Below, in pieces: positions 1 to 8,550 of a stretch of DNA of 64,000 bases; the first letter of the stretch is position 1; each line of letters opens with the position of its first letter. Origin of the DNA: Candidatus Dojkabacteria bacterium (GTDB lineage: Bacteria > Patescibacteriota > Dojkabacteria > SC72); contig JAVEZR010000001.1 in the NCBI GenBank assembly GCA_034002865.1, forward strand, positions 53,247 through 117,246. Direction: 5' to 3'. The notes beneath the pieces were generated by a model. It did no database searches. It saw only the letters and a list, made by a program, of their open reading frames with translations, and had not been told where the DNA came from. The position numbers and the translations under genes were made by a program.

Positions 1-35
1 AAAGAGGGAGAAGTTGTAGAGTAAGGGTAGAGTAC

Positions 36-65
36 GAAGGGGGCTTTATGCCCCCTTCTATTTTT
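36..65 (+). terminator. Rho-independent terminator-like hairpin (gaagggggc / tttat / gcccccttc) followed by a T-tract
   Basis: A perfect 9-bp inverted repeat at 36-44 and 50-58 with a 5-nt loop, then tattttt. It lies upstream of the first ORF and probably terminates a gene located before the window. Confidence 0.5.
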
Positions 66-112
66 GCTAAGATAAATGACAATATAAATAATTATTTATC
101 TGCCCTAGTATA

Positions 113-2416
113 ATGCTAAGTAATAATACAAAAAGTAATACATCCGATACTTCTACAATGGATTTATCATTCTTCCAAAGACAGCTTTTCTATATCACAC
201 TATTCTTTCTTCCTTGGTTTGTAATTCCATTACCTTGGGATTCTACAGACCAGATAAAGACAACCCTCTTTATTTTACTTGCCTCCCTTATCATACTTCT
301 AGAAGTAGTAAAGTGGATATGGGATGGTAAGATATCTATTCTTAGATCTAAATTTGACAAAGTATTTCTTGTACTACTCTTCTCATTTATCATCTCTACT
401 ATATTCTCATTGGATAAATGGATAGCTGTTTGGGGTTTTGAAGGGCGTCTAAGTACAGGACTTCTTTCAATGTCAGTACTCTTGGTATTCTTTTTCTTAG
501 CTAGGAGTTTTTTGAATAAAAGTAAGCAAATACTAAAATCTATAGAGATTTTACTTCTAGGAGTTGCGATTTTAACTATCCTAAGCATGTTATCTTTCTT
601 TAAGGTAGATATATTTAGCTGGATACCATATTTAAAACATTTCTTTATCGTAGGACTACCACTTACATTTTCACTGAAGGAAATACTCCTTATCTCTGGG
701 AGTTCAATATTCTTAAGTATAGCTTTGATAATTAACTACCTTGGAGAACATAAATATCAAAGGGTTTTACTACCTTTTGGAACTCTTACTCTTGGTTTTA
801 TATCAATCGTATTCTTTTCAATTAATCAGGGAATAGTAATCCCTATATTAATATTACTTGGAATTATATTAACCTCTCTACTTCTATTCGTTAAACTAGA
901 AAAAAAGTTTAATTTCTTTCCAGCCCTATTAGCAATCTTCTCTGTATTAACAATGGTATTCGCCGTTGGTTTTCAATACGAATCATTCAGAGATTCAATA
1001 TTAGGGTCCTCATTCGAAGTTATTTCACCTCTTAGTTTAGCTCCAGATATATCATGGAAAATCTCAAGCGGTGTTATTGTTGAAGACTTCTATAGGGGTC
1101 TAGTTGGAATCGGTAACGAATCTTTCTCTTTAGCTTATAAGCTATTCAGACCTGCAACAGCATCAACAATTTCTCTCGGAAATGTTGATTTAAACTACGC
1201 TTCAAGTGAGATTTTTACAACTCTCGCTAACCGAGGAATTATTGGGGTTATAGTTTGGATTCTTCTAGGAGTAGTACTACTTAAATCTTTAGTTTTGGAT
1301 TTAACAGAGAACTTTAAGGATCAGAAAAGTCTTCTAGTGATAGCTCTTGAGATTAACGCTATTATATTTTTCTTAGCTTCTCTTTTTGTTCCATTTTCAT
1401 TCCTCCTTTACTTCCTTTTCAGTGTATCGGTACTTCTTCTACTAATATTGAAGAATGTTACTGAAAAGAATGAAGAGCAATTTCTACTTAAATTCTGGGC
1501 AGTAAATATTGGAGGACAATCAAAGGATATAAATAAGACGATTACAGGTATTAATTGGTTCTTTACATCTCTTCTAATTATACTTACCTTTGCAGGACTT
1601 CTTTCCTTAGGTAGTAAAACTCTCTCCTCTTTATACATCGTAAGGGCTGAAGCGTACAGCATAGAGGAGAGTAAAAAATATGAAAGCAAACAGGAGGTTA
1701 CATTTGAGCAAAGAGAGGAGTTCTTTAATAGATTAATATCGTATTACTACAAAGCTCTACGATATGATTCTTCTAATCCAATAGCAAATAGAAAGGCCAG
1801 TGCCTCTGCATTAGAGATTATGGCAGTATTAAGTGAAAGTTATCAGAAAGCATCAGAGAGCGAGAAGTCTTCAATACTTTCTGAAATCTCAAACTGGAAA
1901 AATATCTCTATAGATTTATCAAAAGAAGCAATCAGTACCTCCTCGTATACATATACCAACTGGTATAACAGGGCTTCCATTTATATTGGATTTTTAAGTA
2001 TAGGGCTTTCAGATTACAGTGAGGATGCCCTTTCTGCTTTGCAGTATTGTGTTAATCTAAATCCCCTAGACTATGAATCATACTATCGTGCTGGACAGAT
2101 ATATATGATTAAGGAAGACTATGAGAAAGCTTTATCAGCATTTAATAACGTTTTGAATATAAATGGACAGCATGTTCCATCTTTAGTTCTTTCAGCGAGA
2201 ATATTCAATGAGAATGGTGATACTAAGAATGCAATATCATTCCTTGAAGCAGCAAAGAAGATAATGGAGATAAATAAGCTAGAGGAAGATGATATGTATA
2301 GTAGCATTGTAGATAGCCTAAAAGAGTTAGGTGCAAATAATCCGGAGTTAAAAGAGAGTAGTGATGAGAAAAGTGAGAATTCTTTAACTAATGAATTTGA
2401 GCCACTTGAGCCCTAA
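113..2416 (+). CDS. Polytopic membrane protein with a Wzy_C/O-antigen-ligase-like N-terminal region (~440 aa, ~10-12 TM segments) fused to C-terminal TPR repeats
   Basis: 767-aa ORF. The N-terminal region is a long run of hydrophobic helices. The C-terminal ~300 aa show Tyr/Ala/Leu periodicity typical of TPR (e.g. YYYKALRYDSSNP, YYRAGQIYMIKEDYEKALSAF). Confidence 0.45.
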   Translation: MLSNNTKSNTSDTSTMDLSFFQRQLFYITLFFLPWFVIPLPWDSTDQIKTTLFILLASLIILLEVVKWIWDGKISILRSKFDKVFLVLLFSFIISTIFSLDKWIAVWGFEGRLSTGLLSMSVLLVFFFLARSFLNKSKQILKSIEILLLGVAILTILSMLSFFKVDIFSWIPYLKHFFIVGLPLTFSLKEILLISGSSIFLSIALIINYLGEHKYQRVLLPFGTLTLGFISIVFFSINQGIVIPILILLGIILTSLLLFVKLEKKFNFFPALLAIFSVLTMVFAVGFQYESFRDSILGSSFEVISPLSLAPDISWKISSGVIVEDFYRGLVGIGNESFSLAYKLFRPATASTISLGNVDLNYASSEIFTTLANRGIIGVIVWILLGVVLLKSLVLDLTENFKDQKSLLVIALEINAIIFFLASLFVPFSFLLYFLFSVSVLLLLILKNVTEKNEEQFLLKFWAVNIGGQSKDINKTITGINWFFTSLLIILTFAGLLSLGSKTLSSLYIVRAEAYSIEESKKYESKQEVTFEQREEFFNRLISYYYKALRYDSSNPIANRKASASALEIMAVLSESYQKASESEKSSILSEISNWKNISIDLSKEAISTSSYTYTNWYNRASIYIGFLSIGLSDYSEDALSALQYCVNLNPLDYESYYRAGQIYMIKEDYEKALSAFNNVLNINGQHVPSLVLSARIFNENGDTKNAISFLEAAKKIMEINKLEEDDMYSSIVDSLKELGANNPELKESSDEKSENSLTNEFEPLEP

Positions 2417-2937
2417 AAGAGAGTTATTAATACAACCTCTTTTATACTCTTTCTCTTTATATTCTCTATTTCTTTCTTTAATATATCTATACTTTCTAAA
2501 GTTTCTCCTACTAAGATTATCCTTCCTTTCCCCCTCTCTTTGCTTAAGGAAGTAGCTAGGTACCTATTAAGATTGAATGCTTCCTTACTCTTAGAATGTA
2601 TTGGATATATTACTGACTTAGATATCATTCCCTCTAGCTTAGAATATTTAATAAGCTTAAAAAGTAAATATCTATATATACTGTAGATATTAAGAACCTT
2701 TTTTTTCTCTAACTCTCTTAAATATTTATCTCCAATATTCCATCCCTTAATAGAGAGAATAGGGATATCGCTAAATGAACACCCCTTATGAGTAACTCCA
2801 TTTGTAGATATTCTTTTGCATACACAGCATGCGGGAAGAGCTTTAGGTATATGTAGTAGGCAGTAATCGCATATTTCATAACCTACACGAGAGCAGAGAA
2901 TACACTGAGGGGGAAATATATGGTCTAGAAGTGGCAT
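2413..2937 (-). CDS. comFC: ComFC-like competence protein with an N-terminal zinc ribbon and a compact, degenerate PRTase-like C-terminus
   Basis: N-terminal C-x2-C ... C-x2-C zinc finger (PPQCILCSRV...CDYCL...CCVCKRIS), then a PRTase-like segment (GRIILVGETLESID) in place of the canonical VLLVDDVxTTGxT. The ORF is only 174 aa. Confidence 0.45.
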   Translation of the reverse strand: MPLLDHIFPPQCILCSRVGYEICDYCLLHIPKALPACCVCKRISTNGVTHKGCSFSDIPILSIKGWNIGDKYLRELEKKKVLNIYSIYRYLLFKLIKYSKLEGMISKSVIYPIHSKSKEAFNLNRYLATSLSKERGKGRIILVGETLESIDILKKEIENIKRKSIKEVVLITLF

Positions 2938-3033
2938 ATCATATTATACATTCCTATTATTAAAAAATTTGATTAATGTTTACATTTCCATTATGATATT
3001 ATTCGCTAATTACATATTGATAAAGGGATAATA

Positions 3034-4803
3034 GTGATAAAGAAAAACAGTGTTTTTACAGTAATGTTTATTCTCCTTGTAACGAAGATATTGGGCTTTT
3101 GGAAGCTTAGAATCTTTGCTCAAATGTTTGGAGCTTCTCATGAGTTAGATATCTTCTGGGCGGCCTTTACTATCCCTGACATTATCTTCATGGTGCTTGT
3201 TGCAGGCTCTATCAACGCCGCAATAATACCGATACTCTCAGAGGTATTGTATGATAAAGGCAAGAAGAGTTTTAACAAACTCTTTCAGCAGCTAACTGCT
3301 ATCTTCTTTGCACTAACCTTTGTCTCATTACTCTTAGCTCTGTTATTCGCACCTCAGATTACTACCTGGATAGTTTCTAATAACTATGCACATACAGTAT
3401 TTAATATGTCGTATCGTATATCCTCTACTGATTATGATCTCTTTATTCAACTATTTAGGATAGGGTTACTATCTCCACTATTCCTTAGTGTAAGTGGCTT
3501 TGTAACTGCATATTTACAAGTAAGAAGGCAGTTCTTTGTTACAACCCTTGCACCTCTGTTTTATAACTTAGCAATGATTATCGGTACATATGTATTAGTC
3601 CTATATACAGATTTAGGTGTTGTTGGTATCGCTATCTCTGCAGTTATTGGATCATTAATTCATCTCCTTATACAAATACCTCATCTATTAAAATATTATA
3701 AAACAGATAACTATTTACTGTTTGATATTAAATCACTAGTAAGAGAACCAAACATTGTTAGAGCATTTAGGTTAGCACTACCCAGAATGTTAGGAGTGTT
3801 AGGAGAACAGTTCAATACCATCGTAAATACCTTTATCAGTTTCACACTTACAGCAGGAGCATTGAGTGCATACAGATTTGCATACAGTCTACATCTCTTC
3901 CCAATTAACATTATCGGAAGTGCAGTAGCACAAGTAGCACTACCTGATCTAGCTAAATATTCCTGTAAAAATGAAGATGAGAAGTTTAAGAAGGTGTTCA
4001 ATGAGTCTATACAACTCTCCTTGTATCTCATATTCCCAATAGTCGCTATTATGCTAATACTAAGATTACCTCTTGTACGTCTAATCTACGGTACAGGAGC
4101 ATTTGACTGGCAAGATACCATCTTAACATCATGGACCTTAGCTCTTCTCTCTATCTCTGTAATAGGTCAAACTGTTGTTCAGATATTACTAAGAGCTTTC
4201 TACGCTCTTAAAGATACATGGATGCCCCTTATCGCTATCACTGTAGGTATACTAACCAATCTCTTAGGAGCATATCTCTTTACAAATTTCTTTAGTCATT
4301 ACTACGACTGGAGGCCAATACTTGAACAGGTATGGATTCAGGTAGCACAGGCTAACGGTAATGGAGTTATGTCTGTACTTAAATCTTTCTTAGGAGATAT
4401 TTACAGCTGGAGTACAACAAGAGGAGATTCTAATCTTGCAGTAGGAGGTTTAGCATTAAGTTTAAGTGTCTCATACTTCTTACAGATGATATTAGCAGCA
4501 TTCTTACTAAACAAAAAAAGGGCCGTTATCTCATGGCAAGAAACCATATATCCAACCCTTCTTAAAACTCTTAATACCTTAATAATGATGTTAGGAATGT
4601 ACTTTGTATTCAGACTCTTTGACTTCCAACTAGATACTAGTAGGACAGTATATGTAATTGTACTTACAGTAATAACCTCTCTGTATGGAGCCCTATCATA
4701 TCTCGTAGGTTCTAAGATTTTCTCTCCGGGTGAATTCTCTAAGGTAGAAGATATGCTCAAGGGTTTTAGAAAGAGATTTAGTAATGGAAATAATTTAACA
4801 TAG
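3034..4803 (+). CDS. murJ: Lipid II flippase MurJ (MviN)
   Basis: The N-terminus (KILGFWKLRIFAQMFGASHELDIFWAAFTIPDIIF) closely matches the MurJ signature (RVLGFxRDxxxAxxFGAGxxTDAFFVAFxxPN). ~14 predicted TM helices; GTG start. Confidence 0.85.
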   Translation: MIKKNSVFTVMFILLVTKILGFWKLRIFAQMFGASHELDIFWAAFTIPDIIFMVLVAGSINAAIIPILSEVLYDKGKKSFNKLFQQLTAIFFALTFVSLLLALLFAPQITTWIVSNNYAHTVFNMSYRISSTDYDLFIQLFRIGLLSPLFLSVSGFVTAYLQVRRQFFVTTLAPLFYNLAMIIGTYVLVLYTDLGVVGIAISAVIGSLIHLLIQIPHLLKYYKTDNYLLFDIKSLVREPNIVRAFRLALPRMLGVLGEQFNTIVNTFISFTLTAGALSAYRFAYSLHLFPINIIGSAVAQVALPDLAKYSCKNEDEKFKKVFNESIQLSLYLIFPIVAIMLILRLPLVRLIYGTGAFDWQDTILTSWTLALLSISVIGQTVVQILLRAFYALKDTWMPLIAITVGILTNLLGAYLFTNFFSHYYDWRPILEQVWIQVAQANGNGVMSVLKSFLGDIYSWSTTRGDSNLAVGGLALSLSVSYFLQMILAAFLLNKKRAVISWQETIYPTLLKTLNTLIMMLGMYFVFRLFDFQLDTSRTVYVIVLTVITSLYGALSYLVGSKIFSPGEFSKVEDMLKGFRKRFSNGNNLT

Positions 4804-4809
4804 TTTGAT

Positions 4810-5412
4810 GTGAAGAGATTTTTCAAATTCCTCTTTCTCTTAATATTAATATCTGCCATCCTCCTTCTAGGAGCTGTATTTCTGTTTATAAATAGGTATA
4901 ACACATGGGAGAAAGAGTTCGAGCAAAGCCTTGTATCCAGCAACCTAGTAATACCTGGTAATCCTTTGGAACAGGATATAGAGGAAAAGATTGTAAGATT
5001 TACACTCTCAGCTGAGAGTACAGATTCCTTAGTACTGACAACTCGTGAGGTAGGAGAGCTTACTCTTGTTGTATTACAAGATTACCTTAAAGAAGATATT
5101 CAAGTAAGTAAAATATATATTGAACCAAACAGTAGAGTCTGGAATATATATGCTAAGGTTAATTACAGAAAGCTCTCTCTTTGGATGTCTGTAGATGTTA
5201 ATAAGGATAATATGCAAACAGCCCAGCTATATATTACAGAGGTTAAGATAGGGCCATATTCGATAGGGAGAGTAGGTAATATGATTGAAATGATAAATAG
5301 CGGTATTGCGAACTCTCTACTTACTGTAAATGAGAATGGTTTCTCTGGAAGGTATTTAGAAAACATTGAACTTTTAGAGGACGCCCTTGTCATAAAGGGG
5401 TATAGATATTGA
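4810..5412 (+). CDS. Hypothetical membrane-anchored protein (N-terminal TM, extracytoplasmic domain)
   Basis: 200-aa ORF lying 7 nt after murJ. One N-terminal hydrophobic helix; no recognisable motif. Confidence 0.4.
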   Translation: MKRFFKFLFLLILISAILLLGAVFLFINRYNTWEKEFEQSLVSSNLVIPGNPLEQDIEEKIVRFTLSAESTDSLVLTTREVGELTLVVLQDYLKEDIQVSKIYIEPNSRVWNIYAKVNYRKLSLWMSVDVNKDNMQTAQLYITEVKIGPYSIGRVGNMIEMINSGIANSLLTVNENGFSGRYLENIELLEDALVIKGYRY

Positions 5413-5437
5413 CAATTCTTCTCTGACTCTCTAAAAT
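5409..5437 (+). promoter_or_regulatory. Sigma70-like promoter of groES-groEL (TTGACA-N17-TAAAAT)
   Basis: Perfect -35 TTGACA at 5409-5414, a 17-nt spacer, and TAAAAT at 5432-5437, about 50 nt upstream of the groES ATG. Confidence 0.55.
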
Positions 5438-5439
5438 CA

Positions 5440-5466
5440 TTAGCAGTCTCTTTTTACATTTGCTAA
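5440..5466 (+). promoter_or_regulatory. CIRCE-like inverted repeat (putative HrcA operator): TTAGCAGTC-N9-ATTTGCTAA
   Basis: The left arm matches the CIRCE consensus TTAGCACTC at 8 of 9 positions. There is a 9-nt spacer, and the right arm ends in TGCTAA. It sits between the -10 element and the groES start, as in canonical heat-shock operons. Confidence 0.45.
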
Positions 5467-5488
5467 ATAATTTATCAAACAAATTCAT

Positions 5489-5791
5489 ATGTCTAGTAAT
5501 ATAAAAATTACACCATTGGGTAGAAGAGTTGTAGTTAAACCCCAAGATATCCAGGAGAAAACCCCAGGAGGCTTAGTCATACCACCTAATGCAGCAGAAG
5601 AGAAAAGGCCAGCCTTTGGAGAAGTTGTTAAGTTAGGAATTGGAAAGGATAAAGAAGGAAAGGCTTTAAAGTTTGATGTTAAGGTTGGTGACTTAGTATA
5701 TTTTAAAAAATACACCCCAGAGGAAATAGAGGTAGATGGAGAAGAGTATTTAATACTTGAATCAGAAGATATCCTCGCTATCGTCAAGTAA
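5489..5791 (+). CDS. groES: Co-chaperonin GroES
   Basis: 100 aa with typical GroES sequence (ITPLGRRVVVKP...TPGGLVIPPNAAEEKRPAFGEVVKLG...GDLVYFKKYTPEEIEVDGEEYLIL). Confidence 0.95.
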   Translation: MSSNIKITPLGRRVVVKPQDIQEKTPGGLVIPPNAAEEKRPAFGEVVKLGIGKDKEGKALKFDVKVGDLVYFKKYTPEEIEVDGEEYLILESEDILAIVK

Positions 5792-5821
5792 CTTAGATTA
5801 AATTTTTAGTAATAAATAAGT

Positions 5822-7444
5822 ATGTCAAAATCAATAATATACGATGAAGAGGCAAGAAAAGCACTAAAAGCAGGAGTAGATATAATTGCAAATGCAGTTA
5901 AAACAACATTAGGTCCTAAGGGAAGAAATGTAGCCATAGCAAAGAGCTTCGGTTCTCAAACAGTAACTAAAGATGGTGTTACTGTTGCAAAAGAGATAGA
6001 AGATAAAGATCCTTTTAAAAATGTAGGAATAGAAATGATGAAAGAGGCATCCAGAAAGGTAAATGATTTAGCAGGAGATGGTACAACTACTGTAATAGTT
6101 TTAGCACAAGCAATTGTTAATGCAGGTTTTAGGAATGTTGCTGCAGGTTCTAATCCAATAGCTCTTAAGAGAGGTTTAGATAAGGGTGTAGAGATAGTTG
6201 TTAAAGCTCTTCAGAAATCAGCAAAGATGATTAACAGTAAGGAAGAGATATCCCAGGTAGCAACAATATCCTCTAACAATGACAAAGAGTTAGGAACGAT
6301 GATTGGAGATGTATTTGAGAAGGTTGGTAAAGATGGTGTGATTACTGTAGAAGAAGCGAAAGGTTTTCTTGATGAGATTGAATATACAGAGGGTATGCAA
6401 TTTGATCAGGGATATGTAAGTTCTTACTTTGTAACAGACTCAGAGAGCCAAGAGGCAGTTATGGAAAACCCATATGTATTTGTTACAGACAAAAAACTTT
6501 CTAGTCTTCAAGAGATTCAAGCTATTGCAGAGAAGGTATTAGCTGCAGCAGATAGACCATTAGTTATAATTGCAGATGATATCGAGAATCAAGCATTAGC
6601 AACATTGGTAGTTAACAAGTTAAGAGGTACTCTTAATGTAGTTGCAGTAAAAGCACCAGGCTTTGGAGATAGGAAGAAAGAGATATTAAAAGATATAGCA
6701 ATACTAACAGGGGCAGCATATATCTCAGATGAAATTGGTAAAACATTGGATAGTGTTGATTTAACAGATTTAGGTAGTGCAAAGAAATTTATAATTAATA
6801 AAGAGAAGACTGTCATAGTAGAAGGCTTAGGTAAGCAATCTGAAATTAAGAAAAGGGTTGCAGAAATTAAAGCACAGATAGAATCTACTACATCTGATTA
6901 TGACAAAGAGAAACTACAAGAGAGATTAGCAAAGATAGCAGGAGGAGTTGCAGTAATAAAAGTAGGAGCAGCTTCAGAGGTAGAGGCTAAAGAGAAGAAG
7001 CAGAGAGTAGAGGATGCTATTAATGCAACTAGAGCAGCTATTGAAGAGGGTGTTGTAGTAGGTGGTGGTTTAGCACTGCATAACATTAAGTCTGCACTAG
7101 ATAAAACATCTCTTAGTGATCCCGATGAACAGTTAGGAATAGAGATACTTAGAGGTATACTTAGTGAACCTTTAAAGCAGATAGCTCAGAATGCTGGTAA
7201 AGATGGTGCAGTCATTGCATCTAACTGTCATGATAATATTGGATATGATGCTAAAATAGATGAATATGTAGATATGCTTGAAACAGGAATAATTGATCCT
7301 GTTAAGGTAACAAGATTAGCACTTGTAAATGCATCTTCCGTAGGTACTATGCTAATTACAACAGAGGCGGTTGTAGCAGAAATACCTGAGGAGAAATCTC
7401 AGAGTCAAATTCCTGATATGTCAGGTATGCAAGGAATGATGTAA
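5822..7444 (+). CDS. groEL: Chaperonin GroEL
   Basis: 540 aa with canonical GroEL motifs (AGDGTTTVIVLAQAIV, GGGLALH...) and a C-terminal GM-rich tail (MSGMQGMM). Confidence 0.97.
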   Translation: MSKSIIYDEEARKALKAGVDIIANAVKTTLGPKGRNVAIAKSFGSQTVTKDGVTVAKEIEDKDPFKNVGIEMMKEASRKVNDLAGDGTTTVIVLAQAIVNAGFRNVAAGSNPIALKRGLDKGVEIVVKALQKSAKMINSKEEISQVATISSNNDKELGTMIGDVFEKVGKDGVITVEEAKGFLDEIEYTEGMQFDQGYVSSYFVTDSESQEAVMENPYVFVTDKKLSSLQEIQAIAEKVLAAADRPLVIIADDIENQALATLVVNKLRGTLNVVAVKAPGFGDRKKEILKDIAILTGAAYISDEIGKTLDSVDLTDLGSAKKFIINKEKTVIVEGLGKQSEIKKRVAEIKAQIESTTSDYDKEKLQERLAKIAGGVAVIKVGAASEVEAKEKKQRVEDAINATRAAIEEGVVVGGGLALHNIKSALDKTSLSDPDEQLGIEILRGILSEPLKQIAQNAGKDGAVIASNCHDNIGYDAKIDEYVDMLETGIIDPVKVTRLALVNASSVGTMLITTEAVVAEIPEEKSQSQIPDMSGMQGMM

Positions 7445-7456
7445 TTAGAATGATTA

Positions 7457-7485
7457 AGACCCCAGTAATGGGGTCTTTTTCTTTT
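7457..7485 (+). terminator. Rho-independent terminator after groEL (agacccc / agtaat / ggggtct, then tttttctttt)
   Basis: A 7-bp GC-rich stem and a 6-nt loop at 7457-7476, followed by a T-tract. It overlaps the 3' end of the convergent minus-strand ORF and may act in both directions. Confidence 0.7.
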
Positions 7486-8023
7486 AATACCTTATCTCTT
7501 GTGCAAGCAATTTACCAAGTATGTCCTCTTTAGAATCTCTTCTATATTTCTTTAACTCAAGAGAGTCATATCCTCTTACAAGAATATAGTCATTTGTTTT
7601 TATAGGAGTATCGGTAGAAACAAAAAACACGCTACTCTTAACATCCACTATCTGTGAAGTAACTAAAGAGCCATCAATAGCGATTACATTTTCATAGTTT
7701 TTAGCTATCCACTCTGGACAGAAGTAGTAATAGTTTGTTTGTAAGGGATCAAACCTTGCAGGAGAGGGAATCTGCGTAAAGAGAGAAACCCTTAAATCAT
7801 TCTGTAGTAATCCTTCAGGTATATGCTCCTGTAATAGCTGTGACTCTGAGACTCCTAGGGCTTTTGTAATCTTTTGAATCTTCTTTAAAGGTGAACTAGT
7901 AGCTCTCTCATATCTAGAAATCATTTCCCATGATACTCCTACCTTATCAGCTAACTGTTGCTGTGTTAATTTAGACCTTTCTCTGTATATACGGATATTT
8001 TCTCCTATATAATTTCGTTTCAT
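7484..8023 (-). CDS. XRE-family HTH repressor with a C-terminal LexA-like (S24 peptidase) domain
   Basis: N-terminal HTH (IRIYRERSKLTQQQLADKVGVSWEMISRYERA). The C-terminal region has a candidate Ser nucleophile (AIDGSLV) and a Lys general base (LELKKY), spaced as in the LexA/UmuD S24 fold. Confidence 0.5.
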   Translation of the reverse strand: MKRNYIGENIRIYRERSKLTQQQLADKVGVSWEMISRYERATSSPLKKIQKITKALGVSESQLLQEHIPEGLLQNDLRVSLFTQIPSPARFDPLQTNYYYFCPEWIAKNYENVIAIDGSLVTSQIVDVKSSVFFVSTDTPIKTNDYILVRGYDSLELKKYRRDSKEDILGKLLAQEIRY

Positions 8024-8078
8024 GTTTAAGAATTCTATTCTGTTGTAAACAGAAGATGTATAGAAGAGGAGTTCTTCT

Positions 8079-8534
8079 TTATGAAATGATATTGATCCAA
8101 TTCTCTTTTAACCACCGTCTGGATTTAGTATAGATATCTAATAACTCTCTCTTTTGAAATTCCTTCTTTATTACCCCACCCCTGTGTGGATGTCTATAAA
8201 TTCTTTTAAGTGGGGAATTAAAACCATGTGTATAGTGGCATAGCTCATGTGCAATTGTAGATTTAATAACATACTCTGGTATTTCGTTAGTAGAAAAATA
8301 CTTAGTAATGGTTATTAAAGAAACAGTAGGATCTTCAAAAACAGTATCTTCTAATTTAAGCCTTTTAATATATCTATGGAAAGTTTCCCTATCCTTCACC
8401 ATCTTTATACTCCCTAACTGTCTTTTAGAAGCTTTACCATATTTAATAGCTACGACATTTAATCTAGGAACATCACAAAAATTGTTCTCCCAGAGGTCAT
8501 ATAGTAAATTTTCTAAATATTTGTTGTCTCTCAT
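8079..8534 (-). CDS. SprT-like zinc metallopeptidase domain protein (HExxH)
   Basis: 151 aa. HELCHYTHGFNS supplies the HExxH...H motif, preceded by an SprT-like N-terminal region (LENLLYDLWENNF...RLNVVAIKYGKASKRQLGSI). Confidence 0.5.
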   Translation of the reverse strand: MRDNKYLENLLYDLWENNFCDVPRLNVVAIKYGKASKRQLGSIKMVKDRETFHRYIKRLKLEDTVFEDPTVSLITITKYFSTNEIPEYVIKSTIAHELCHYTHGFNSPLKRIYRHPHRGGVIKKEFQKRELLDIYTKSRRWLKENWINIIS

Positions 8535-8550
8535 GTTATTATATTCTTAG

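Noticed and set aside
190-588. Antisense ORFs (190-588, 1408-1689, 2119-2307) inside the 767-aa ORF
   Set aside because: They are fully embedded opposite a long ORF with a coherent membrane/TPR reading. They are low-complexity, have no motifs, and are typical AT-rich antisense artefacts.
3711-4943. Antisense ORFs 3711-4031 and 4401-4943 opposite murJ and the following gene
   Set aside because: MurJ is strongly supported on the plus strand. The antisense frames have no motifs or start-context support.
6589-7086. Antisense ORFs inside groEL
   Set aside because: groEL is unambiguous; these are chance open frames.
8308-8550. 80-aa plus-strand ORF overlapping the SprT-like gene
   Set aside because: It lies entirely inside the better-supported minus-strand HExxH gene and is hydrophobic low-complexity.
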